64,000 bases of DNA, taken from positions 811,846-875,845 of the forward strand of contig NMRA01000004.1 of NCBI GenBank assembly GCA_002633005.1, in the 5' to 3' direction. Below, in pieces: positions 37,551-50,600 of the stretch. Positions within the stretch are counted from its first letter, which is position 1; each line of letters begins with the position of its first letter. Made by a program: the position numbers and the translations under genes. The stretch comes from Phoronis australis (Eukaryota > Animalia > Phoronida). The notes beneath the pieces are model-generated. The model did not search any database. It was not told the DNA's origin and worked only from the letters and a program-made list of their open reading frames with translations.

Positions 37551-37937
37551 AGTCTCACTGTTGTTGCATGCTGATTAAATAGACTATTTGCACTCAGGTT
37601 TGTCTCGTGAAGCTTTTAATCAACGTATTGAGCTTTAGTTTGAGATTCCAAATGACCAATGGTCTACTTGAAGAGTTTACTCAGAAATGCCATACATTAT
37701 TGGTTATACAGGTGTACATGTATGTGTATCATTCCGCCCAGCTAAAGCGTTATTCTCATGATTCTTAGATTTCCTTAGAATATGCTAATATTACGGCTTC
37801 CAATGAAAACACACTACATTACATAAAATTAGTTTAACCACTTGACTATCAATTCTACCAAATATTTGTATAATATAACTTTCAACGTGTTTTAGACATG
37901 TTTTTGCTTTCCGGCACTACTGAAAATACATATAACA

Positions 37938-38095
37938 CCTGCCTCCCGTTCAGTAACGCTAGGACCGCGCTAAAAAGCAAGACTTCGCCAGATTACGCGA
38001 GATATTGCCGTGTATTTTAAATGAGAACACGTGACTTTGGCTAGGTTTTAGCTAGGTCCTAGCGTAGGTCCTAGCGTCTACTGAACGCACGCCTG
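37938..38095. mobile_element. ~150-bp MITE family; copies at 38745-38862, 43093-43236, ~47100-47220, ~19395-19515
   Basis: TIR-like gcctcccgttcagta / tactgaacgcacgcc; shared core tagccaaagtcacgtgttct...aaatacacggc. Confidence 0.8.
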
Positions 38096-40479
38096 TAGTA
38101 CTCCTGCATCTAGGTCTGCAAGCCATGTACAGTAATGCTTAAAAACGGGTCCAATGAATTACCTTACGTTGAAATTTACAGTAACTGTGTTAATTTCTCT
38201 CTGAATTGTAAACATAACTTTGCCGACGGTCGGCAGAAGAATTTCGAACAACATTTGTAGGCATGCAGTCGCTATAAGTTTTACTGCCTTCACGTTGACC
38301 AAACTTACGCGAATTTTTTGACGGGTAGTGCATATTATAAACATAGCTATCAACTGCACCCGTCAATGTAGTAGATTATTTGCCGCGGAAACGAATGAAG
38401 CAAACTTGAATCTTTCTGCCATGCTTTTATAGCCGAGTGGGCGCAATAAACCACGGGGACTAAGACATACCACTAATACACCCGATAATACTAGAACATA
38501 AGAGAGTAGTGCGTAAATATTAGCATGCCTAAGTCAGATGCGCTACGAGTATGTCGAAGTTTGCAATGCCACTGCGTGACCTGCGAGTCGGTCGTTGTGA
38601 CTGACTTTTGGTTGACCTTCGATCTTGGTCAATCACTGAATGAGCCGACTGAAAGTCGAGCATCAGGTTATCACGCTTGTCACGTAGTGTCGATTTTGCG
38701 AAACCTGGCAGATTTCGGGCACATCGATGGTAGAATTTAGCAATGCTAGGACCTGGCTAAAATCTAGCCAAAGTCACGTGTTCTCTTTCAAAATACACGG
38801 CAATATATCTCGTAATCTCAGAAACTCTTGGTTTTTAGTGAGGTTTTGGCGTCACTGAACTGTATCCATGTCACTACGTAATACCGTACGCATTACTGCA
38901 TCCTAGAGGTAGGTTCTAACAAATTTAAACAAGTTCCCATACCGACATCAAACTTGGCCTTTTTACACAGATGTGTATATTAAATTAATTGTTGAAAAAC
39001 TAAATCCTAATTTGTGTTTCACTCATATTAGAACACGCTTTTTGCTATTGTATGACTTATAGTTATTTATAATTTGACTCAAGTTTCATGACAGCGTCAA
39101 GACTTTCAGCAGAATTTTCAGCAGTTTTGGGTACATCAGTAGCGATGAAAAATTACGTTTGAATGGATCTTTATATTAATAGAGTGCATGCAAAATCTTA
39201 CTATACAAAAATAAAAGAAAACATGCAAGCGTATTTCAACTTTCAAAATCTTCCATCAGTATGTTGAGCGGAGCAAAAGACAGAAAAGTGATCGGATGGG
39301 AAGCTGCTCTGAAATTCAGAGCGTCCCTTTGATACGTTCATATAGAGTAAAATCACCCTAGGCTGTGACAAATTTGAGTATTTCTGTCGGGTATTCCTCC
39401 TTGGTGGATCTTATTAGGGACTTGTCATTTCTGGCTGTTTCGATATCTTCCATATGTTCCTTCAGGACGTGGTGAGAATTTCGAGAAGTCTCTCCACGTA
39501 GGTACATATACCGTTGCAAGAGTCTCCTTCTGGTCATGACGTCAATTACCATAAACCGGTTTCATTGCAGTCCTGAAGCCAAGCCTCCCCCGCGAGAGCT
39601 TTTCAAAAGCCCCTGCTGTATCATTTTCATACGGACGCACTGACCAAAGTCAAAACCTTCAACTGGTTACGGTGTGGCTCACAAATGTTTCGATTGAATT
39701 CATCATAAGCTCACCCAGAAAATCTAACCTTGGATAAACATCAGCAACATACGATAATTATTGACATTGGTCAACTGGATGAGAGAACATGACCTTTACC
39801 CAAATATCCGCAATTGATGACATCAGGACTACAACAGAATCAAAATCCCCTATTAAACAGCTTCTAAATATAGTCCATCCGAAGGACAAACGAGGTACAT
39901 GTATGAAGATTACGGGTCGATTCCAAGGGTGCTACATGTATCTGGCCATACGAACTGAAAATGAGCATACGTTTTCCGGTTCTTTCCACTGAATTTTTGG
40001 TGTCTTATCAGCTTTAATGTATTGACATCGTCTGCTTACTTCGAAGTAGGGAGTTAATGTTTCCACAGCGCCCAGTTGTTCATATTGCAAATAGTGAAAA
40101 GTGTCTTCCATGGCGAGTTTGGTCAATATTACATTGCACTGAGTTGAGCGCATTGCGTTTCATTTAATCAGAGGACAGGGCTATCAATTGTGTAATAACG
40201 CATCGTGTTCCACGTGGCTCATGCAGCCAGAGAAGGGGACTCCAGGAGCGTTTCAAAAAATATATTTTTTTTGTAATACGTGAACCTTTTAAGACTCCAT
40301 CTATTATGTAGATAGAGTCAAGTATTACAAAAACGTGTTCAAAAGATACGCCAAAAAGGGAAAATTCCATGTATCAGTCATTACAAACCATGCTTTAAAA
40401 CGGAACCACGTGGTACTGAATTGATCAGACTCCATCATTATTGGCAGAGATCATAAGACGTATCAAAGCATAGTATGAT

Positions 40480-41216
40480 TTAGGGGAGCGGGCAGGCCCC
40501 CCCCCCCTTGGCTGCCGCAAAAAAATAAAACAGTAAGAGCGTAGGGAAATGTTGAGAATTATACGGATGAAAACAGATTTAAATGTGCAGTTTAAGCGTT
40601 GGAGGGGGGGGGGCTCAAATCCCATTTCAAGTGTCAAATCCGGAACACGGCGTATTCGTAACGGAACTATGGTTAAGTATAGGCTCTCCCGCGATATCCC
40701 AGGCGACCGGCAGTAGCGCTGCACATTGCGACTCCGTTTCCGTCGTCTGCTCCACTGTGCAATGAAGAAAATTTACTTCATTTTTTAAAGAAAGTGGAGC
40801 CTGAGTGACGATGAAAAAACAGAAGCTGCTGGTAAGATGTGAATTTTAATCGAAGCCTTAGTGAATCACTCAGAAACTCGCAATACTCTCTTTGTCAAAC
40901 CTTATCTTAAGACGGTTTCCAAAGCAATCCCGTCATTATTGCCAACACGAAAAACGGATTTGGTCTTTTGGGCATTTGAAGACTATTTTAAATAAGAAAA
41001 TTTGTTAAGAATTGATGGCACAAAATATAAAACGTGTAATAAGCATTACAAAAAGAAGTAGGTTTCGCTCGCAAACGCTGTGGACCATAAACAAGTAGGT
41101 CTCGACCTCCCCCCATTCGGTGCTATGCGCATCTACAATCGTGGTTCACTTTGCGCAAATGCTTACAACCGTACAAAATTTTGGGCCCCCCTTTTGATAT
41201 CCTAGATCCGCCACTG
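40480..41216. mobile_element. Inverted copy of the 15034-15965 element
   Basis: Reverse-complement match; ends ctagatccgccactg. Confidence 0.85.
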
Positions 41217-42229
41217 CAAAGTGCCATTCTGGAAAGCTATGGTCATACATGTAGATGACTACGCATCCCATCACGGGCGCCCAGTTCATTGAACCAAATG
41301 CTGAGTTCAGTGACACCTCCCGGCAATCTCATGAAGGCTTTAGTCTCAGAAGCCGAAATTTCCAAGCCTTTTTTATTCCTTTGTAAATCAAATTAAATCT
41401 GGTCTGCTGGACAGTACTCACAAAATTAAAGTCCTAGAACCTCGGAGGCATCACGCCTCCTTCAAAAACAAGTTCGTACTTAAGACTGACAGAAACCATC
41501 GCCCCTTGCTTTCTCACGAGATCTCGTCTGGTTATCAACCTCACGTATACTTTTATCCCAAACAGACGACACTTTGAGCCGAGATCCACCTTGTTGGTTG
41601 AGGGACACAAATTATGAAATTCTGTACAGATGTTGAGCAAACTTTCTCATGAACGTATTCAAACTGAACACGCAATATTTCAGCAATATTTATTGGTATA
41701 CCTGTAGTTCGGTAACATCCCTTGGTGAAAACAAACTTCCTTGAAAACATTTTTGTTTGAAGGCTTGCTACAGACATTACGAGCGACTTTGTATCAACCT
41801 TCTAAACAAAAAGTTTGGTCGTGTTTTCGACGAAGTTTTTATTGCAAATCGAGAGTCCTAAACGATTCTCGGGTTTATGACATCGACAAAACCTCTAGGA
41901 AATTTCGTCAAAATCCCTAGGTTATCCGATGGATTTTGACGAAATTTTCCCATGGTTTTGCCCCTGCCATGAACTCGAGACGAGTGTAAGATTTGTTTTC
42001 TCATATGGTCCGTAAAAACAATATTTCTGGGCGAAAAAATCGACGTGTCTAAAACTTTCGACCACATTACGCAACTTTGTAAAAACAGGCTTGCTGAACG
42101 TAAAGGAAACTCAGTTATATTTTGTAGTTTTATTTTAAACTTAACAACTACAAATTGCCTTCAACATTCGTAACAAATGTTGGAGTTTGAATCTAATAAA
42201 CAGTCTTTGAAGTTGTAATATTAAAACTT

Positions 42230-42520
42230 AACAAATGTTTATAAATAACAGCCAGCAGGGCTTCCTCGCTTGTGAACACCGAATTGACCTTGAAACAGCA
42301 CACCTAGTAGACAGTCTAACCGCTTTTCTTGAGTTGGGGTTCGTCTCTGTTTGAATGAAGGCGGATATGGAATTCGTCGCCCAAGAAGTTATTTGCATGT
42401 CAGTCCGACAGGGAGTACATGTACGTACAGTTGCGACACCCGATTTGTCAACCGTTACCTTGTCACCTTCACGGAACACCGGCATTGTTTGGTTGGCGCG
42501 CGTTCGATTGTTGGTATCCG
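42230..42520 (-). mobile_element. Heavily decayed LINE 3' end (C-terminal zinc-knuckle region)
   Basis: RTRANQTMPV...RTCTPC then, frameshifted, LGDEFH; resembles the RTE-X/L2 C-terminus FRT.NH.LP.E...R.C..C....GDEFH. Confidence 0.4.
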
Positions 42521-43319
42521 TGTTTTGCAGACGATAAAATGTAAGTCGCATGGAGTTTTACTTTTCACTACTTTGTGGTTCGCCCATAATATATCCCACT
42601 ATACATAGGAATACTACTGTCATATCCTATCTCGAGTTCATTTCATCTGGGGATGTCCCGTTGGGACAGTCACAGATGAAATGAATTCCAGATAGCCGGG
42701 ATATCAAAGTAGTATTCCTATGTACGTGGGATAACCTATTTACCAGCTTGTTGCCGTTTGATCCGACTTGTTGTATTATGACGTCATATGTAAGCCAAGT
42801 ACGGCACCCAAGCCGGTTAAGCGACAAGACAATCTGCGGAAGTGTTGAATGACCAGTAAAGTCTTATTTCCATGGTAATTTTTAGTTTGCGAAATATACA
42901 AGTTAAAGCACTGAACCATTCAATAATATCAAAAGTTTGTCGGAAACTTAGAAACAATCCATCTGGGAATATACAAATTGAAAAATTACCTGAACAATAG
43001 ACTTTAGTACATGGACCGCCAACTCCGTAAACTTTCAAAGGACGAAACCTGTGCTCTTACAGAAGCAATGACGTCATTGTTCCTTATCGACACCTGGCGT
43101 GCGTTCAGTAAGGCTGACCTAGCTAAAATCTAGCCAAAGTCACGTGTTCTAACTTAAAATACACGGCTATGTCTCACCTTATCTCGCGAAGTCTTGCTTT
43201 TTAGCGAGGTCCTAGAGCTACTGAACGGGAGGCTGGTCAAATTATCCGGTATTACTCCGGCAAGTACGTCGTCTACTAATCATTGTCGGGTGTTGTGTCG
43301 TCACAATACACTAACCGGA

Positions 43320-43597
43320 AACTGAAACAGATATTTGAGAGCAGCGCCTCCTCTAGGATAGCACGCAAGAAAATGTCGGAGTTGAGAGATCTGAATCTGT
43401 TGTCTACAATCTATGCCTGAATCGAGTTGTCTGCAGCAGTGTGTCGTTTTGGGCTTCAATGAATTTCTTAGTTTCTTCGTCTATTTTCGCGTGTTAACTT
43501 TTGGACTATTAATAGTAATAAAAACAATTCTCCCTGTTGATCACAGCATTGGAAAATAACGGTGGGAACTGTGCTGATTCAATTTGCTGAGCTTGAG
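43320..43597 (+). other. Possible non-coding first exon of the BHMT-like gene (start approximate)
   Basis: Donor GAG|gtaagg at 43597; the ATG-bearing exon has its own acceptor (ttccag|47496), so an upstream exon is needed. Confidence 0.35.
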
Positions 43598-45275
43598 GTA
43601 AGGGCTGTATCGCAAAAAGCATATTTTACGTTAGACCGGCAGCGATAGAGAGTTGAACGATGCGAGCAGACGACCGTCTCAGTAAAAGACTCGTACTCGA
43701 TAGGTCACAAATCCCTGTAAAAACCTTAGCTCTCAGTGTTCATATACGGTATGCATCCATAACGAAGCGTTGTTGTTGGATTTGAATTACAGTAGAGTTT
43801 ATGCTGATTTTGTTGGCTGGGGCCGCTATTGGGCTTGACCTACTTATGATGACTCAGATTGAAACTTCAGCGAGGCCCAAAAATAGCCGCCTGATCACCG
43901 TGCGTCGGAATTTTCATAGATAAATCGCATATGTTTTTTAGAGCAGTAGGGCTAAAACTGTCTTTTCAGTAAGGTAACCCAAATGATTGAGCCCAATTAA
44001 ATTTGGCGTTGTACACACGAATTTACTCCACCAGCAGACTGCACACCAACCTTGAAATACGGCATCTACCGTTGTATATGGCCTCTACCATGATATATGG
44101 ATTAGACTCTACTTTCCAGAATATCACAGATGATAACGTGACGCATACAACATCCATATTTCCACATATACGGGACAACAAATAATTACGTAGACGGTGT
44201 TATGAACCAGTCGTGTCGTACTGTAATACTTTCCAAGTCATGTGAGAAAATAATCATTTGGCGTGTTCAAACAATGTCATCACGAATACTGCTTGACACT
44301 AAAGTCTTGAGATGAAACAAAAGTCATCCAGGCCAACTCAGATGGATATTGACTCAGTGTCTAGAGTTTTATAGGTCAACGAGATTAGGGCTTAGGAGTG
44401 AGACTTCTTAATTAAACAAATGCGAACTGGCAAGGTTCACAACATCTTTCTACCGATAAAACGTCTATTGGCGGCAGGCGATCTTATTCTAGTTGCAGCG
44501 ACATTTGCATTAAATGTAAGTAATCCGTAATCATTTTTATTGTTAAAATGAATTTTGGAAGTATTGTTGGATGAGATCGACTTCTTGAAGCTATTAGCTT
44601 CAACCAAAGCTACACAACAGTGCGGTATGTTTCTTTGTTTTTATAATAAAAACCTTCAGTTCTGACAAAGCATTCGCTAAATTGAAGGCAGTTTTAAAAT
44701 ACACTTAAAATACTCTGCCATTTATCAAATACCACCAGCGATGCGATGGAATGCTCCACTGGGATTGTGATAGCGTCATTTTAAGATTTTTATCAAAGAT
44801 AAAACACGGTGTGATATTTTCACACTAACCAGTTTTCAAATAGCTCAATTTTTGGTGAAAACGACTACAGATCTAAATGAAGACCAGGTTATTTCTTCAT
44901 TTTATGAAGACAACTGCGTACCAAACTGAACAATGGAAACAGTTTGAGTTATGGTGGTAAACTAGCATTTTCTGCGTAAATTTACTTTGACTATAGCGAC
45001 TTAAATTGCAGGCTGCCAGTTTTGCAACGCTCAGAAACATCAGCTGACCTACAGTTACATATAAGATCACATGTCTTGTACGAAGTATATAGCAGCTTCT
45101 TATTTAATTTGAACTTTTCTTATCTAATAAAAGTTCGCTTTTCATGGACAAAAATGGGGACACCCACATAAATATATGTGTTTCCACATAAAATATGATT
45201 ATACGTGGGCACACCTGTCAGTAAAGGTTGATCATCGAAATCTCTATTTGTAACTGGATACACCGAATGCGTCTA

Positions 45276-46270
45276 TCTATATAAATATAACTGGACCCGT
45301 TGTTATTGGTCCAGTTATATTGATATAGACAGATCCATCCCGGCTGGTCAACCTATAACAAGAGTAACGCGGAGCATTTAAATGCGCCCACGAATGCATC
45401 GCAAATGGTGTTCTTTTAGGGTGACTTATTTGTGTCATAATGGCCACTTGCTGGAATAAAAACATACAATCCATCCGAAAACGGGAACATGTCATCGCTT
45501 CTTTAATAGCTTCATGTATATACACCTACAAAATTTAATAAACATTCGTCAGTGTGTTTAGGAGATACAGCTATGGGCGTAGAACAAAACAATACTACCA
45601 CTAGGTGGCGCCAGAGTAGTCAAAGTCGTCATCATTAACCGTCCTCTTCACACTGAGCAAACGTATGCCAATTTTCAAAAAACGTCAAAAAATAGACTCG
45701 AAAACAGCAAAAATGGTCACTAGCACTTTGATTCCATCCGAAAACGGGAGGATAGCGTCATCTCACCAATAGATGCTCATATTCAAAATGTTATGAAAAT
45801 CTGTTGAGGACCTTTGAAGATACAGAGGTATATGTAAAACTAAAATTGCCACCAGGGGACATACCAGTAGTCAGATCCATCCCAAAATCACCTTCTTCCT
45901 TTGTCAACATCATATAAACATGCTTCTTAAATTTAGTAAAGATCCTGCAAACATTTTAGGAGATACAGCCATGGGCGCAAAAAAGACACTGCTACTAGGA
46001 GACGCCACAGTAGTCGAAATCATCGGAAAATCATCCTCAGCCATCCACTTCATAGTAATAACGTACATGCCAATTTCCACAATTATCCTGAAACCGGTTT
46101 GGTTGATAGAGGTGTGGACGCCAAAAAAACAGACTTGAAAACAGTCAAAATGGCCACTAGGTGACGCAAACTAGGTCGAGTCCATCTGAAAAGACAAAGA
46201 TAGTGTCAATGACTTATTCTTATTAAAATGACATAGCCGTCACTCGAGCGAAAGCATGGGTAGCAGCTAG
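45276..46270 (+). mobile_element. Non-autonomous Helitron
   Basis: A|TCTATATAAAT 5' end; internal imperfect repeats (ccactaggtggcgcc, ccatccgaaaacggga); degenerate hairpin actcgagc-gaaa-gcatgggt then CTAG|T 3' end, i.e. A/T insertion site. Confidence 0.75.
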
Positions 46271-47517
46271 TGGGAAACGCCCACTAAATGCTTGGCGCTG
46301 GGTCAAAAATTCGCCCGTCAAGTTAAACTACTGTGCAAACTCGAGAAAAAAATCAAGATTTCGGGCGCGTAAAAGCTCAAACTCTTTAGTTCAGATTCGA
46401 AATTTTAGCCTTAATGATGGGGTCATCAAACGGAAACCAGGATTAGACAGTTATTCAGGCAATCTTATGAAGATAATTTTCTTCATTCGCACAAAGGTAG
46501 AATAGATACAATGACGAGTTCGTTTACGAGTAAAAAGATTACAGGTCCCTGAACCGCGGAGAAAGATTTACGCACTTTGTTATCGTTCTTTATTCAGTGT
46601 CAAAAACCAGCTAAGTATAATATGGTGCTCTGCTTATCTTAGGAAAGCCAGTAACTGATTTCTGCCGAGGTAAATTATAACGGGAACTACTTTGTAGGCT
46701 TTTGCCACTTACCTTTGCAAAAGGTGGCGCTCATTGCAGTATTAAGCGGGAGCAGGAGCCCATATGATGGTCAAAAATCAAGAAAAACTCGAGAAAATCA
46801 AGGAGAAATTCCGGCAGCGGAAGATAGGAGTGGAATAATACGGGATAATGTGCATAAGAAGGCGGAGAAGGGAAGAACTGGCGCCAACCGAATAATGGGT
46901 GAATTAGCTGGTAACCGATAGGAGAAATAAACAGGTGGCGATCTGGCATGAAACTGGGTTCGACCCATGGGAGAGGAGGGTTGGGCGTGCGTAGAACTGG
47001 CGGTGACTGGGCCGGGTGAAATTCTACAACGCCTACATGTACGTTCGGGCTATGCAGTATGCCCCCTCGGCCGAACAACAATGTCCAAGGTACATGTAGA
47101 GTTCAATACCTGTCTCGAGGCGAGAAAACCTAGCCAAAGTGACGTGCTCTAATTGGAAATATACATTATGGCAATCTATTGTGTATTCCCGCGAAGTCTT
47201 ATTTTCAGCGAAGTCTGAACTCTACCCCAGATACACCTATGGCCTGGCTCAACATTTCCGTGCATCGTGCTTGCATGGGAGTGATCTAAACGTAAGCGCA
47301 CACTAGTGCCAACACTAGTGTCAAAAGTACTTCACTAAACTTAAGCCGACTTGAAAATGACGTCTGGTTTATGGCACTCAAAAAACTAATCGATCCACTC
47401 CCTTATCTTTTTAGAAACGTGACTGCTGACCCCGTTCTTTAGTTTCAGTTTTTGTAACGGAGTCAGTCGAGAAACAGAGCACTCATCTCTTCCAGTTCTG
47501 AAAATAAGCGTGCTGCG

Positions 47518-47659
47518 ATGGGCTCCATGGGCATCCTGGAACGCCTCCGTGAGGGCCCGGTCATTGGTGACGGAAGCTACACCATGACTCTGGAGAGACG
47601 CGGTTACGTAACAACAAACATCTGGACGCCGGAAGTGGTAATGGAGGAACCAACGGCAG
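47518..47659 (+). CDS. BHMT-like exon 1
   Basis: [48 protein letters not shown]|gtaaaa. Confidence 0.93.
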
Positions 47660-50600
47660 GTAAAACTGGCCTTTGCGGTCTTTAGTTCATGGAGATCTGT
47701 GAGCAGGTTTTGCAGAAGCTTTCAAACATTAGATTCTGGATAAGTTAGAGTGATTGTATGATGTAAGTATAAATAACAATGAGTGCCATTAAGTTTCAAG
47801 ACTATTTGACACGATGCATATGGAGTGTGCGTACCAGTATGTTTGATCCCATTTATATGCAATTTAAATGGGGATGTTTGTGGAAAAGCATGTTACGGTC
47901 ACAAAGGGGTCCTGACTTCGGTCGCACGAGTAACTATAGCAGAACATCAACACACAAAATACTCATACTAGCCAAGCACTTTGGGCGTGCGGAGCATAAC
48001 CACAAGTTACGTCACCGAAATGTCATAGTTATTACACGGTTTTGGCTGCTGACGCTCACCGAAGTAGAGATGACGCCTTTCCTCACAACTTTATCAAGAG
48101 TCGGAAAAACAAGGGTTTTCTAGCATTCCCAACTCACAAACAAAACTCATGATAACTGAAATTTAATCACGCTACAGATATTTAATCGGTTAATTCACAT
48201 CGGAAAAAATCCCTTCCACATAAGAAAATTACCAAAAAGCACAATATTTGACAGTTTTCTCCCCTAAATCACCGCTTCCCGGAAAGTGCTAGAAAAAATC
48301 TGACTAAAGATTCCGAATGCTCATACTCCCTGTATTGTAAAAATTTGGTCATAGCATGCCTCTTACCAGCTACATTTTGGCAATTTTGATCTGTTTTACA
48401 GCCATCTGAAATCGCCCCGGTTTCTCAGATGGCAGGCGAAGGGCTGGGTAATTAAAAACAAGCGACAGCCTCCATTTTGCATTAAAGAGGGTCACGGCTA
48501 AAAACTTGGTTTATCTCGTTCAAAAGCACAAGCAAACCAGTTTCCTTGAAACTATTTTCAACGCATACCACAAAACAGCCACCAAACCTGACACACGCCC
48601 TTTATATAAATTCTAGGGACTAGAAAATGTCGCGTGGCCGCAGCCTACATTGTACGTTCAGTGCTACCGTACCCAAATGCCTCCCCCACCCCTTCACAGT
48701 CCGCACGCGCTCACTCATTGAAAGTGTCTTTTTCTCACCAATGCAATTCTTTTCAGTTACGGTTCTTTTCTCACCAACCGTAATCCACTGAGTCAATAAT
48801 TTATTAATTTTGCATTAGCTGCTTTGAACAGGTCGCTGTCACCATTTTCCATATTTTCACATCTGGCGTCTTTCTTTGCTGTTCAGTCTCCTCCATTCGT
48901 GAAGTCCAGTTTAATAAGGTGCACATTTCAGCGATGCGCCACCTACAAAATACTTGAACAATCATTTTATTAATAATTCGCTGGTATGGAACAAAGTATT
49001 ACTTATAAAAGGGCACCCTAAATTTATTTTCAGCTCTTGTAGACAATGCATGATATCTCGCCACAGTAAATAAAAGAACTCCCTAACCGAAGTTCGCTTT
49101 TAACATGTGCAAGTACTAGAACTAAAATGTCCTTAGCCGAGTGCTGTGTGGTAAAAAATAAATTACGCTGTAGAAAAACAAAGACCCAAAGCTAGAATGC
49201 TTTAGTACAATGACTGTTTTCGTTTGCTTTTCATGATCAACAGCGGGTACACTTCGTTTTCGAAGTACAGTGCATGTAACCAACAGCGCGTTTAATTGCG
49301 CCGTCTGATAGCTAAACGAATTGCACTATTATACTCGCATCCCATCTGTAACGATTAAATCTTCAATTAAGAAAATTCTTAACACGTTTACATATAAATG
49401 TACTAAAGCATTTACCGCAAAATTTAATGCAGTATGACCACTTATTCTTCTTTTCACGTATAAACGTCAATTAATTTCCTCTATAACGCTATGCCTATTT
49501 TTCAATGATTGAGAAATATCTCATATCGCAGGCAATTTTGGTTAAAAACAACAGTATTGATTGTTGACTAGCATGTTTGCAATTTGTCAATAAACACAAA
49601 GATTACCTATTAATAAACTCCTTACATAGGGCGTGTCCATGGACAATATTTTCTACAGACAAAATGTAGTCCGGACAATACGATGTATATGCGCAATACA
49701 AGCCATTACGAATTCCATGAATTTCAACGATTTTCCGTTAATCTAATGCATAGACATACATCCAATGTTTTCGTTTTAGTTCGACAACTCCATCGCGAGT
49801 TTCTTCGAGCAGGAAGTGACGTCATTCAAACCTTCAATTTTTTCACGTCTGGTGGGAAGCTAAAAGTTAGCGGTGGGGAGACAATAGACGTAAGCATCTC
49901 TGTCATCTATTGCGCAACAGTTTGAAGAAGAAGTAGGCTTTGGCAAGAAATTGATATTTTTTTAAATTTTAATAGGCTTGCCAATATTAACAGGAATGGG
50001 CTTAGCAAATTGGTACATTACGTGCCATCATGATTAAAATTGATACATCTGCATGGTTTTTGTCTTATTTAGCGTTAAAGACATTCTGAAATGTTAACAC
50101 TCACAATATTTCTGGACTTGAGATTTACTGTAAGTCAAGAAATTAAAGTCACTTAATGATTGAGCATAGGTTATGGCACAGTACATACATGTATAGCGCA
50201 ATCTCTGTATCTTCTCAGTTCATGAAATCTGTGATCTTGGGAACATGCCACGTGGTTCTTATTTCCTTACGGAGCCTGCAGTTTTGTTTCCGATATCATG
50301 ATGTGTATGTCTTAACTTCCTGAATTAGTGCCAAATTTACCCATGACACCATGAATTCTACTGAAGAAAGACGTTAAACGGCTTTCTAATTCCAAAATAT
50401 TTATTTTATCTGCAAGGCAATAGATCAGAATATTCCGTCCGAATACACAAGAAAAAGCTGAGGTTAGCTTAAGTGGCGTCTTCGATGGTAATTTGGTACG
50501 ACAACATCGGGTTGCGAACCTGGGTGATAGTCACTAACAGGGACCCCAAACTTTGAGAACCATTTTTTTTTCACTACGTAACGGACCACCGAAGTTACTA

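Noticed and set aside
42300-42380. AFIQTETNPNSRK resembling a Crypton/DUF3504 N-terminus
   Set aside because: No downstream recombinase motifs; the overlapping frame (CxxC...GDEFH) fits a LINE 3' end better.
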